Positions 49,992 to 61,969 of a DNA stretch of 64,000 nucleotides are shown here, in pieces (within the stretch, counting starts at the first letter, position 1; each line of letters opens with the position of its first letter). The translations under genes and the position numbers were made by a program. Location: assembly GCA_002633005.1 (NCBI GenBank), contig NMRA01000023.1, forward strand, positions 767,339 through 831,338, in the 5' to 3' direction. The stretch comes from Phoronis australis. Its lineage: Eukaryota; Animalia; Phoronida. The notes below the pieces were generated by a model. It saw only the letters and a program-made list of their open reading frames with translations. It did not search any database and was not told where the DNA came from.

Positions 49992-51224
49992 AAACTAGAA
50001 AACTTATTGTCACGGGGTGACAATAATGGACTCTGCGCGTGCGTTTTTTTTTTAGTGGAATTGTTACGGGAAGTTACTGACAGCAACCTGTTCACCAATA
50101 TGAAAAGGGATTCTCTGAAATTGTAGGAGAAATCAGATGTTAATATTTTGATGACCTTTCAAATAAATGACCTCTTCTGATGACCCGATGAGGGGAACAA
50201 TTGTGAACTCGATTAAAAGTGTGGTTAATGCTAAGAATAGCGGATGTTTTACTTTAGGCAATTCAGAATTCAAGATGAATGAATTGGTCAAAATTTCAGA
50301 AGAAAAATGCACCTAATGACCCCATGGGTGCACCAAATGACCTAAAAATTTAGAATTCAAACTCAATCGCATTTACTAAACAGACATGTAATTTTGAAGT
50401 CTCTAGCTCAACATTTTAGTTTGCACTCAATGACCTTCGACCTATTTTTTCTGATTGGTTGGGTCTATTGCGTAGTAAAGTAGGGTGCTCAATTGTCATG
50501 TTGAGTTACACCAGGGTGCTGAAATTGAAAACAATTCCTTGAAAAATGTAGGAGATATAACATTTTGAACACTAGATGACCTTTGCACTAGTTGACCCTA
50601 TCCGGTGCATTATAAGCGTCTTTAGGAGAATTATTGCAAAGCCCGTGAAAAGTGTATTTAATGCTGAGAATCACAGTTGTCTAACGGTTGACACACCAGA
50701 ATACTTGGTGAATGAAAAAGACAAATTTTCAGAAGAAAAATGCACCTAATAACCCCATGGTTGCACTAAATGACCTAAAACTTTGTATTTCAAATTGAAA
50801 TAGACGTACCAATCAGACTTGCGAATTTGAAGTGTCTAACTCAAAATTTTAGGTTGCACCTAATGACCTTTTACTGTTTAAATGGATTGGATAACTCGAT
50901 TACTTAGAAAAGTATTTTTTTTAAATTGCCTTATTGACTTATACCTGTGCACCGAATTTGAAAAGAATAGCTTTCAAAATGAAGAAGTAGCATTTTGAAA
51001 ATTGCATGACTTTTGCACCAAATGACCTCTTCCGGTGCATTTTAGAATATGAATCAAAATTTATATACTGCCTAAAATCATATGTTAAATTTGAAGAACA
51101 TACCTGCAACCATTTTGGAGTTATTAAGTGTCAAAGTTGGTCGGAAGAAGAATAAGACGAATAAGAATAAAACTGAAGAAAACCCAGGCACAACAGTACT
51201 CTGCTCTTGCACGCGCAGAGTAAT
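49992..51224 (-). mobile_element. Complete Helentron-associated non-autonomous element (HINE)
   Basis: Subterminal IR ACTCTGCGCGTGC (50030-50042 / 51209-51221), short IR at 51198-51204, microsatellite-like AAGAAT run (~51145-51180), ~430-bp internal tandem duplication, 3' hairpin TTATTGTCAC-GGG-GTGACAATAA (50004-50026) and terminal CTAGTTT. Confidence 0.82.
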
Positions 51225-51272
51225 TTCACAGTTTCGTCAGTAGATTCAATATTTTGATAAGAAGCTGAACCA

Positions 51273-51362
51273 CCGACTAGGAGGGCGTGCAGACACAGAC
51301 AAATAAAAATAAGACCGACTAGGAGGGCGTGCAGACGCAAACAAATAAAAATAAGACCGACT
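51273..51362. repeat. ~42-bp tandem duplication
   Basis: CCGACTAGGAGGGCGTGCAGAC(A/G)CA(G/A)ACAAATAAAAATAAGA occurs twice. Confidence 0.85.
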
Positions 51363-52201
51363 CATGATGACTCAGTGCAATAGTTGACTGGGAAACCCAG
51401 TCCCAGGAAATCCTGTAAAAAATCTTGGCTTTCAGATAAATTTACGAAACAGCAGAAATGACGCCCTAATCATCAGAAACATGAATGATATCTTGGCAAT
51501 GCTTTTGGTAGCCGCTGTTGCAAGATATTGTCAGGCGTTCTCCTCTGAAAATACTAATGGTAGCTATGTAGAGATTAACTCGAACCAGATATTAGATAAC
51601 AAACGCTACTGTTGACTTAAAAAAGTAAATGAGACAGGACTGATGAATCGGTGTCATTTCCTTCACTCCCACAGTCGACCAAGATAGCACAAGTGGCGCT
51701 GATTCGAAGTTGGGTCTCGCGTTGACCCCGTAGACGTTGCTAAGGAAGTGACTAGCTGGTTCCATACGTGCGTAGCACGCTGGCTACCGACCACCTAGCG
51801 GCACGCAGGGAACCAGCGAGAGGAAGTGACGGCTCATCTCCCTGTTCAATAATGTTGCAAGGTTTCTGATGCTGATTACTTCTTTTATACCTCTCTTTTT
51901 GCTGTCACTTTCGCAGTTCCAGTGCCACGTATGATTGTGTTTTGGATGTGCTACTTTTTCACGTTTATGAACTCTACCAGCTAATAGAACTTTAGGAGTG
52001 CAATTAAAATGCTACTGTAATAGAATTTTCTTTTCGCCACTGGAGCTCTTTTTTCTTGTGAGGCCACTGAATTATGGATACACGTTTTTCACTCCAAATA
52101 GAATTTCCTGAAGTTCACTCACATCTATTAGTTCTCCCACACATCTACCCTTCCAACCACAAAAAGGCTTATCATTTATTTATCGCGCGCTCTCGTACCC
52201 C

Positions 52202-52620
52202 TTAAAGACAGCGTCCAGCGGCTGAAACACCTTTTTGACACCAGAAATGTATGTATTGTTCATAAAAATATTGTTTTTGTTCCTTACATAATTGCGACGC
52301 AAATTACACCGCTCATAATTCGTAGCCCCATTCGAAAAAAATCTCAACCAATCAGCGTAAAGTGATTCATATGGCATCATCGTGGCTACGAAATTACTGG
52401 GAAGACACACTGCGTCAACAGCTGAGTGCTATTTCTTGGATGTTCTGTACTTGTCGATCTCTGGTCTAAAATGCCTCTTTGTGTGGTGTGCGGGTGTAGC
52501 AATGTCAGCGACAGTAGGATGCATTTGCACAACTTCCCCACCGATCACGTCGTGTGTCGTGCGTGGAATAAATTCGTATCCACGACAAGGACTGGCGACA
52601 AACTTTCCCGATCGGCAAGA
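52202..52620 (+). mobile_element. 5' fragment of a second THAP-transposase element (Kolobok-like)
   Basis: TTAA|AGACAGCG.. candidate end, then ATG at ~52471 encoding MPLCVVCGCSNVSDSRMHLHNFPTDHVVCRAWNKFVSTTR (N-terminal half of a THAP domain), truncated by another repeat. Confidence 0.65.
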
Positions 52621-52624
52621 TCTG

Positions 52625-53450
52625 TTTTAGGCTTGGTGCAAAGCTGTAGGCTACACAAAATCTACAGCTTCGCGTCGATATGGGTTAAAATGACTAAATA
52701 AAATCTGACTCAGAAATATTGTCATTAAAAGCTGCACCGCTCTTTCAGTGAGTAAACCAAATTATTTACCGGTGTTGGAAAAATTATCGTTCTACCGCTC
52801 ATCTAGGCCTACTGCTAAAATTGAAGTGCGTTCTTGTGAGTCGGCGTTTTGCGATTACGTCACCAGATCTGAACAGTTTCTTTTCCCCCGGTTTATTCTT
52901 CTATCAACTATTCTTTGCTGCCACGAGGTTGCGTACGGTCACAACAAATTGTCGGAACTGGTTTCATTTCGTCACAAGTCATTAGCATTTTTAGACCAGC
53001 AAACCGAATTTAGAACAAACTTTACTGCTGCAAAGCTGTCCCAAAAGTAGTCGCAGAATTTTAGTACGGCGCGTGCGCGTGTCACGAGCGTACTGCCTTC
53101 AAAACGACGACAGACTTTCTTTGTTACACAACTGCAAAGGCTCAGAGTAGAAAATGACGTTTATTAGATTGTTCTTCCCGTAAACGACTGGCAACGGGCA
53201 GGGTGAGTGTCTCCCAGACTTTGCATGCATCCCGGCTGTCGGTCGTTGGCTCTGCGATATAAGTTTCACAACGAGGTGACTAACACAACTTATACCCGGC
53301 CTGTAGGAGGTCTATAGTGTATGGTTTAACCATGGTTTAACAGAGCTCAATTCACAGTGTTATCTAGCCTTGGTACAAATCTGTATATAAATACATGTGT
53401 ACAGCTGTATTTTGACGACAGTCTTCATACAGCTAGCTGGCTGGCTAAGT
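52625..53450. repeat. Dispersed repeat with inverted copies at ~54515-54745 (partial) and ~57500-58255
   Basis: CAGCTGTATTTTGACGACAGTCTTCATACAGCTA, GGGCAGGGTGAGTGTC and GATATGGGTTAAAATGACTAAATAAAAT have reverse-complement counterparts in the other copies. Confidence 0.75.
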
Positions 53451-53496
53451 GTTACCTTGCTGTATTTTGGCGATAGTCTTCAAACAGCTAGCTGGC

Positions 53497-54436
53497 TAGG
53501 CAATGACCATCGCCTCTGTTGGCCCGAACCAGAGGCGATGCAGAGGCTATAGGCGCTCTGTACGCCGGAAGCTTTTCGGCGAATTATGCCTCGCACCGAT
53601 TAAACCATCAAAGTCACGTTGTTATAAATACCTTTTGCGCATAGAGGAACACCTGAGGAGGTTGTCGATGTGTTTAATTCCTTTCAACTCGAACAAATAC
53701 TCCCATTATCAAACTTTTTCTTCGAGCAGTCCCTATTTCAGTTCCCAAAATCGTGAAATCAACATTTTCATTTTTTAACCAGGCTGAAGGTCAGAAGTTG
53801 CGGACCTACCGGCGAACTTTGAAAGCTGAAGTTCCCGCCCTTCGCGTACGTGCTGCCGGGAACCAGCCGTGCATTTGCCGTGTTGTTAAACATTAAAATG
53901 TCAAATATGTGCACAAAGACTATTAAATGTCATATCAACAGCATTTATTTTTATCAAATACAAACAATGATTCATTGAAATACAATCAGTTTCAAGTAAC
54001 GCCAATTAAAGACAAGTATAAGTGGTGGCATTTTGGAAACGAACATTTGACTGACAAGACCGCAATGGCTCACCTTTGGCCTATTTAAAAATTATTGAGG
54101 TTATGAAGTCACATCACCTAGCGAGCGCGGTAAAAATTGGAGCGTGCGCAGTATAAAAATGGTGAGTTCACGATTTTGGGAACTGAAATAGGGACTGCTC
54201 GAAGAAAAAGTTTGATAATGGGAGTATTTGTTCGAGTTGGAAGGAATTAAACACATCGACAACCTCCTCAGGTGTTCCTATATGCGCAAAAGGTACAGTG
54301 TGTATTTATATCAACGTGACTTTGATGGTTTAGTCGGTGCGAGGCATAATTCGACGAAAAGCTTCCGGCGTACAGAGCGCCTTTAGCCTCTACATCGCCT
54401 CTGGTTCGGGCCAACAGAGGCGATGGTCATTGCCTA
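53497..54436. mobile_element. Mutator/Foldback-like non-autonomous element, ~260-bp TIRs, 9-bp TSD
   Basis: TAGGCAATGACC...GGTCATTGCCTA with near-perfect TIRs at 53497-~53757 and ~54166-54436; TSD CTAGCTGGC at 53488-53496 and 54437-54445. Confidence 0.92.
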
Positions 54437-56930
54437 CTAGCTGGCTGGCTACAAAAAAAAATCTGCAGTGTGCACTTCGACGTTTCGTGTTACTGTTCTG
54501 GCCCAGAGTATAGGGAATCCTAGCCAGCCAGTAGCTGTATGAAGACTGTCGTCAAAATACAGCTAGGTCCCACTGCGTGTATTTCTTCCGTAGACAGCGA
54601 AATTGCACACAGCCAAGGTAGTTCTTCTCGTCACCGCGCCATGAAACTTGTATCAACATGTAAAGCTAAAGACCGGACGGTGTGCATGAAAAATCTAGGA
54701 GTCAACCGACACTAACCTTGCCCGTTACAGCCGTTTGAGTTTAAAACGTTCAATTGATTACAAATTCTTATAATTGGGTATGTTTTCATGCAATCCAGAC
54801 TTTATTTCGTAGTTTTAATTTATTAAAGACACTCACAATGTTGTGTTGCTATTAAATTTTCAATTTTTTTTAGGTTGACCGAGTCAAAATGGCGGCGATT
54901 AGGCTACGGGTTGCAGCATTTCAAGGCGACTTATTTTGAAAATTTATTTTTTAATATAAAGTTTCAATGAATTTGGTTTAATTTCCTTGTACGAAAAGAT
55001 CAAGCTGATAAGTGTTGTAACGTTTCCAAGTATTTTGCACCAAATTAAACGGCCTATTGTCGCCTATACCAATACGGGACACACACACTCGACAGCCGTC
55101 CGTATTGGAATCGCGCAGCGTTCACACCTTCGGCTTCACTGAAACTTTTATTATAAAAAGTAATTTGCTTGATACAAACAAAAAATACAAGAAAATTAAA
55201 AGAACAATAAAACAGGTAAAAATAGATAACTTTTTACTTCCCATGAAGTTGAAAATCACCGTAGTAGCAAGTGCACGTAAAAATGTATTCTATAAATTTT
55301 ACATTATATTATAATGCAATATATAACGGTATTCAAATAGAAAAATTAACATAATCACAGCGTTATGTATAGATTTATATTAGACATTATATTATTGTAT
55401 AATGTTATACTAATGCAATCAGAATGAAAAAGCTCCTGAAATCCAGTATCTGCAAATGTAGTGTTCAGGTTTTGATTTTCAAAGAAAAATCGATAGAATA
55501 AACGGAATTTACTTGCATGATAAGCGGAAGTGTAGAATACACCACTACCGGCCACGGAACTTGTGTTGATTGAAAACTGAAAACCATCATATCTATTAAT
55601 GTTATCAAAGAGTCAATCTATACCGTTCTTGTTTCAACGAACCTAATTTAAATATCTGAGGGTTCCACTGTCAGTGGATGTAATGCAATTAAACACAATT
55701 TACATGCATTCAGAAGTCATCTTGCCTGTACCAATGTTTTGACGGTAATCGATACAATATAAAATGTGATGATTTAGCTGCATACTGTAACCACACAATT
55801 CTACAATAACACCTCTAAAATCCAGTCAGTGGTGATCCCCTAAACTCCAGTTCCGGACAAGAAGACACCAAACCCTGTGTACAAATTCCCAGGTTTCCAC
55901 CCCTGAACTCATCACACGCATCGAAAGACTCCGTACAGTACATGACAATCTTAGTTCATTCCCAAAGACTATTCCATGGCCGTAACCCTAATTCGCAGGT
56001 AGAATTAAAAGGCAAGACTTTGGAATCTGGTCCCCGGAACTTCAATTGGTCATCGTGTATGGACCATTTTCGGTGCCTGTGTCAAGTTGAGACATGCCGT
56101 AATCTGGAGATTTGGAGGCTACTGGTGGGGGCTGTAATTTAGGGGAAGGTAACCGAAAGCAAGAGGAGCTTACTCTGACGGTGTTTCCAACCCTTGACAC
56201 GATGCTAAGCAATTAACTAAACACTGTCCCTTGTGGAAAATGTAGAACAAATTACATGAAGCGTGCATACCTAATAAATTACAATTTTTCGATTTACTTG
56301 CGTGATTTGCAACTGCATTAATTGTTATCCGTTGGAGAGAGCATTCGAAATGAATATCAACCTGTATTTGCAAAAAAATTTAGTTAATATGCAAAGTCAT
56401 GATGTAATAATCTGCAAACTCAGGTATTATTAAATCGTTTGGCCATGTAGGTGCCGACATCAGGATGATCTACATGAAGTGCTCCGTCAGGGAGTTATAA
56501 ACAGGAACAGAATTTTGAATATTGTTGTTGTATAAAATATGCGAAATCTTCATACAACACCCGGGAAACTGATTTCATTAAATTACTTGACTAGAGAAAC
56601 CCAGCTAAAATGCTTAAGGAGCTCTACCTCGACATGAAACAATCAGAAAACCTTGCTCTTTCAAGTATCTTTAGGTCCGCTATTGACCCTACGGCTGGCT
56701 ACTAGTCTTAATTGGGCTTTCATGGAATTCATTTCACTATCGACCCATGATGGTTATAAGTTTTATGTCCACGACGAATTCAGTAACAGTTCAGATAAGT
56801 TGGTACGTGCACGTTAAAGCCCACCAATGGGTCCAAGTTTAATTCGTCTTCTAGTCATTGTGATTGTCACAGAACAACTACGCAAGTCCAAACCTCAAAA
56901 CTCGAAAAATTCGGATTATTAAAACGTAAA

Positions 56931-57157
56931 CATGCTTGCACCCCATTGGGGCTCGGGGGGCTCAACCGAGCCCACCCATTTGGCGAAGTGGGCAAATAGG
57001 TCCACCCAGAGAAACAAAAAGTCCGAGAAAACGAGACAAAGTCCAATAAAAAAGACGTAGACGCACTGTTTTTTTAGTCCTCCCGATTTTTTGACAGCAA
57101 AAGGTTCACATCGACAGAAATTCGAGCCCCCCATTTCGAAGGCTGGGTGCGCGCATG
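56931..57157. mobile_element. CATG-ended MITE with 5-bp TSD
   Basis: CATGCTTGCACCC...GGGTGCGCGCATG flanked by GTAAA (56926-56930 and 57158-57162). Confidence 0.8.
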
Positions 57158-57499
57158 GTAAACAATCACAGGGTTTTGTTTCTTTGTTTAAGAAAGCAAA
57201 TCTCCGTAACACGTAACAGGTCAACCTTGTGTACGCGCAGCAGCATCGCGTGATCTAGCCAAACTGGGAATCATAAAGTCAAAGTGAAATGTTTATGCTT
57301 GTGTAGGAAACAAACACATCGACATTTCAATCGCTGTTCGTGAAACATTTTGTGACGGGATTGCAAAGCTCTCTCAGAGATCTTAAAATAGTGACGTAAT
57401 AGTGGTTTCGGAAAGAGATGGAGCAAAATTGACAAGTCGTACTCATTGCAAGAAATGAAACGCGTTGATAGCCTTAAAACTTCCAAGCATGTACATGTA

Positions 57500-58255
57500 T
57501 GCCTTCAGTTGGTCAGCCAATTAGCTGTATGGAGACTATCGTCAAAATACAGCTAGGTGTGTGTTTTTCTTCCATAGACCCCGAAATTGCACGCAGCCAG
57601 GGTAGTTCTACTCGTCACCTCGCCGTGAAACCTGTATCAACATGTAGAGCTAAGGACCGGACGGGGTGCATGCAAAATCTGGGAATCAAACGACACTCAC
57701 CTTGTCCGTTACAGCCGTTTAAGTGGAAAACAATATAATAGACGTCTTTTTCTTGAGTAATCCTCCGCCTTTTCTAACAAAGAAAAGTTATGTTGTTTTG
57801 AAAACGGTACGTTTGACACGAGCACGCTGCATTTCCTAAATTTTTGCGACATTTCTTGGGAGATGATGATAGCATGGCAGCACCAAAATTTCTTCTGAAA
57901 TTCGGTTTTCCGGTATCAAAATTCTAAAAACGTATAATGAAGTGAAACCAGTTCCGATAATTTGTTATGACGTGTACGAAACCTAGTGAAAGAACAACAG
58001 TTGATTGAAGAATAGGCGAAAAAAGAAACTGGTCAATAGGGGACGCAATATTTCATGGCGCCGAAAGCCGATGCGGAAGATCGCTCCACAACTTTAGCAG
58101 CAGAATAAGGGTAGAACGCCATTTTTTTCAAAACCAGCAAATAAGTTTATCTACTTAAACAAGTGTTTAGTTTTTATTGACACTAATTTTGCATCATATT
58201 TTATCTGGTCATTTTTTACCCACATCGGCGCAAAGCTGTACCAAGGCCACCCGGC
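57500..58255. repeat. Inverted, diverged copy of the 52625-53450 repeat
   Basis: AGCTGTATGGAGACTATCGTCAAAATACAGCTAGG ... TTTTATCTGGTCATTTTTTACCCACATCGGCGCAAAGCTGTACCAAGGC. Confidence 0.7.
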
Positions 58256-60842
58256 TTAGTGTTCGCATTAAATCAAGAATATCATTTCGACAGTTTTATT
58301 GACCGAAATTGGTATTTTCAACAAAATCTTATTTCTAGTCGCTATGGTAACCTCAAACTTGCTATCGTATGCAACTTTGGCTGTCTCTTTCTGTATAATC
58401 ACACAACGATACGCTAACGGACAGAAGCAAACATTACGCAAAGGGTTACATGTTAATATGAATAGCAATGAAACCCAGTGGCTCAGCGGATCGTAATTTG
58501 CCAGGGTCACATCTAACATTGCGAATAAATCAGAATTTGGATGAATTTGGGATACGCCTTAGTAGAGGAATTGTCATCCCTAATGAGCATAAGTATGCTT
58601 AGACTTTCAGTATATCCCCGCGCGTGTATCAAAACCAGCATGATTTGCATATTGGGCATATCGCCGCAACTATAGGTCACTAGCACGATACACGTATGAA
58701 GTGTTTATCAACACAACAGACATCTATCGCAAAAACTCCGTTTTACGATTTGGTTGATTTCGCGATGCTTGGTTTCAGCTTATTGGAATACTTAAAGCTA
58801 GGTGAAGCTGAGTACCGGCCGGTGATACTGAAGGGCAAACTTCACATACATGTACATGTACATGTAGGTCGACACTAGAAAGAAAATGTTGCTGTTAGCC
58901 CATAGAGAGCGGTCGGTTTGTGTGTTGGTGTTAGGATTGGTTGTGTACGTGTATGTTCAACAATGAGGCAAATATCATTATGATACTAAAATGAGACTCA
59001 ATCAGTTTCTGTGCGTCGCCATGAAACTAAGTTTTCCAAGTAAAAATAAAAATAAATGACGCCTTTTAGATTCTAGTTGCCATGTCGCCATGTGGTCCGG
59101 CACTGACCTTTGTGATCCTGTTTCAAATTTCGGGGCCTCAATGAGGTTCGTTGCAAATATTTCCTCTTGACTACCCAATTCTAATGTCTAGTTTAAATCT
59201 TTCATGCAGTCGTCAATCACAAACTACATGTATAGCCTCAAAAGCCACCGACTGGTACTGCATGTTTGCGCAACTACATGTAGACCCATGCATGTATGCG
59301 ACTGCATGGTAATTTGCGGTTAAGCATATACATGTAGGTTGAATGAAGTTTAGACAATTACGGGTCAATGGGAAACAGTTAATAAAACCTTGGTAGCAAT
59401 TCTGCGAGTAGAATGAGAGCGAAGGTTGACTTGTTGGCATGAGCTCCAGACAATTTGATGTTAACAAAAGCAAAAAAAATAACCAGGAAACTACACGAAA
59501 AGTTTTGACTTGCGGGAATCAGTAAGTATTGATTGCAGGTGGCATGTCTACTCCTACGCATTTGTTGATTCGTAAAAACTGAATTGACATGTGCATAGGA
59601 AGCTGTTAAAACAACTACGTAACAGGTTTTTCGGATCTGTAGCAAAATATTTTGTCATAGAACGAGATAAACTGATTAACGTGTAGGCGGTAGGCATAGG
59701 GCGACATGTTTGAGGGGTCTACGCTCACTTAGTTAACACAACGGATTAAAAAGCTTGTGGCCACCAAACCGAGGGGTAATTAAATGCGCAACCTTTGTGA
59801 TGTAATTATTAGCCTCAGTCGTTCCAGCCTCTAATGCCCAGTCGGCTTCAGCTGTCAACCAAAAATATAGTCCACTTTCTGACTGGTTTGACTTATAGAA
59901 AGTCCATGTGAATCTACTGCCTGTAGGTGTCGTTAATTTCGCATTTACAAGGTTGCACAGAGAGTGCATAAACCCCGTTTGTTTGTTATTTTGTTATTAT
60001 TCTGTACATCATGAAATGTTCTTATTTATAAGCAATATGATGCGATTACAAGTGCACAGCATGTGATTTAAAATAAGGTTTACAAGTCAGTAGTGTGCAT
60101 AACACCAGCACAGTATGCTCAGAGTGAGCTTATATTAACGTTGTGGTTACCTCGCCAACATCAAAATCGTAGCGGGGCCAAGATGCACCCTTCTTGAGAG
60201 TGCCAGCCTTCTTCCCAAAATTACGCGTCAACATTTTTAAGACCAAATATGAGCAAGAATAGATCCGAGCCATCTCTGCTTGGAACTAGTGTATGAAATT
60301 CAGTACGTTCCTGTAGAATCCGTGGACTGCATATGAGAGTATGAGACTTCAATTATTACTCTCTACAGCATTATAGACTTGACGATAATGTCATGAAGTC
60401 ATCTCGTTGGGAATACAAACACATACGGTGAAGAGCTATAATTCTGACATTGCGATGCGAATACAATTCTATTGATGATAAGCTGTACCAATTAAAAAGC
60501 AATTCACGCACAAGTGCTGTTGACGTTGAGGGCATAAGGTTAAACCCCAGTCTCAAGATTCTTCGATCAAAGTCGTCCTTAACAAATCTTGCTGTTTTAG
60601 CTTTACGAGAATATTCATTTCTGCATATGAATGGTACTTGTCGGGAAATTGTTCCACGATGCTCTGATTACTTCAACACTTCCCATAAGGCTTCGTAATT
60701 TTCTAAACACGAAATGTATTTAACCCAACTGTTCAAACAATCTAAAGTACTTTGTACTGCTAGTATGTACCACGGCTCATTGACGCAGTGAATTGGAACT
60801 TAAATTTATGTAAGTGCTTATAATGTATGCGTGCATCTCTGC

Positions 60843-61000
60843 ACTGTGCAGACCCAGATTAGCACAACTTCTGGGTCAGCATTGCAGACCCAAATTGACG
60901 CAGGTTGCCAAATTAACACAGGTAATTTTGCTCGTGTCAATTCAGTTTGGGATTTTACAAAAGTACAGGCCCAAATTGCCTCAACGACCCAAATTGTCAT
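60843..61000. repeat. Short reiterated motif array (GACCCAAATTG), probably a transposon subterminal region
   Basis: CACTGTGCAGACCCAGATTAG, CAGACCCAAATTGAC, GGCCCAAATTGCC, CGACCCAAATTGTC. Confidence 0.45.
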
Positions 61001-61493
61001 GGCAATAATAATCTAGTTGAAGGGGTAGTTGTTTACAGGCGTATGCAAATATCAATCGCTCGAAGAGCATAAAAGCCCCCCCCCCTTCGGCCGACACCCA
61101 ATTCAGTTCTACGTATGCTCCACCTGGTTATTGCAAAATATTCACCTCAGTCGACACTCATCCAGCCATGTCTTGCTTTGTGCATAAATGTAGGATACAT
61201 GTACGTACATGTACGTAGTAGTCAACATGTTTTAAAGAATAGCCCCAATTTAGTTTGACACTGAACAAAGTCTACGCGTACGACAAACTCTCGTAGACCA
61301 ACCAGCATGGCAGAAAAGCGTTCTACTAATGGATTGGCTAAATCAAGCAATTCTACATGTATAAAATATTTATAGAAGAAGCATTTGATGTTTTTATCAA
61401 CAATGGGTTTTGTATTCCATTGGCGTTTGGCATTTGGTCTCCAACCGTCAATAAGGTTGCGTTATTATACCTAAACATTCACGTAGAGATCAT

Positions 61494-61534
61494 GCAGTCA
61501 CTATGCCTACGGCGGCCGTAGGCATAGTGACTGC
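61494..61534. repeat. Perfect 41-bp palindrome
   Basis: GCAGTCACTATGCCTACGGC-G-GCCGTAGGCATAGTGACTGC. Confidence 0.95.
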
Positions 61535-61840
61535 CAGGCCAGAAAACTATAAAAATGCCCGTATTCGCAATTAATTTTCGTTGCATGAATCGAGTTGGAG
61601 AGTACTTGATGTTACGCAACCCCATCTGTGTCATTTAGTACTCTGTGTCATGTGAAATGAACAGTACAAGACGATATACAGCGTACTGCAACATAACATT
61701 AATATTAAACGAGCTAAATGTACTCTATGGTACAACGCCTACTAGAAATTTTTACAAAACATATAAAGGATTTATGAACAACTTGAAAATGCGTTAGATT
61801 GCTTTTATGGCATTTCCGTTCAGGGTGATCAGCAGCACTT

Positions 61841-61969
61841 ACAAAAACGACGCTGGAGTGCAGCATGAATGACGTTCCGATAATATACGTGTATTCGACT
61901 ATTTCACCTGAAGATGACATTCTTTTGATGTCGAAACGTCGTTCATGCTACACTCAGCGTCGTTTTTGT
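61841..61969 (+). ncRNA. Penelope-type minimal hammerhead-ribozyme-like motif within an inverted PLE end
   Basis: CTGAAGA (61908-61914), stem GACAT/ATGTC, GAAAC (61933-61937), then GTCGTT. Bases 61841-61880 are an imperfect reverse complement of 61931-61969. Confidence 0.55.

Noticed and set aside
60371-60698. Stop-poor segment open on both strands
   Set aside because: No recognisable protein motif or consistent splice sites.
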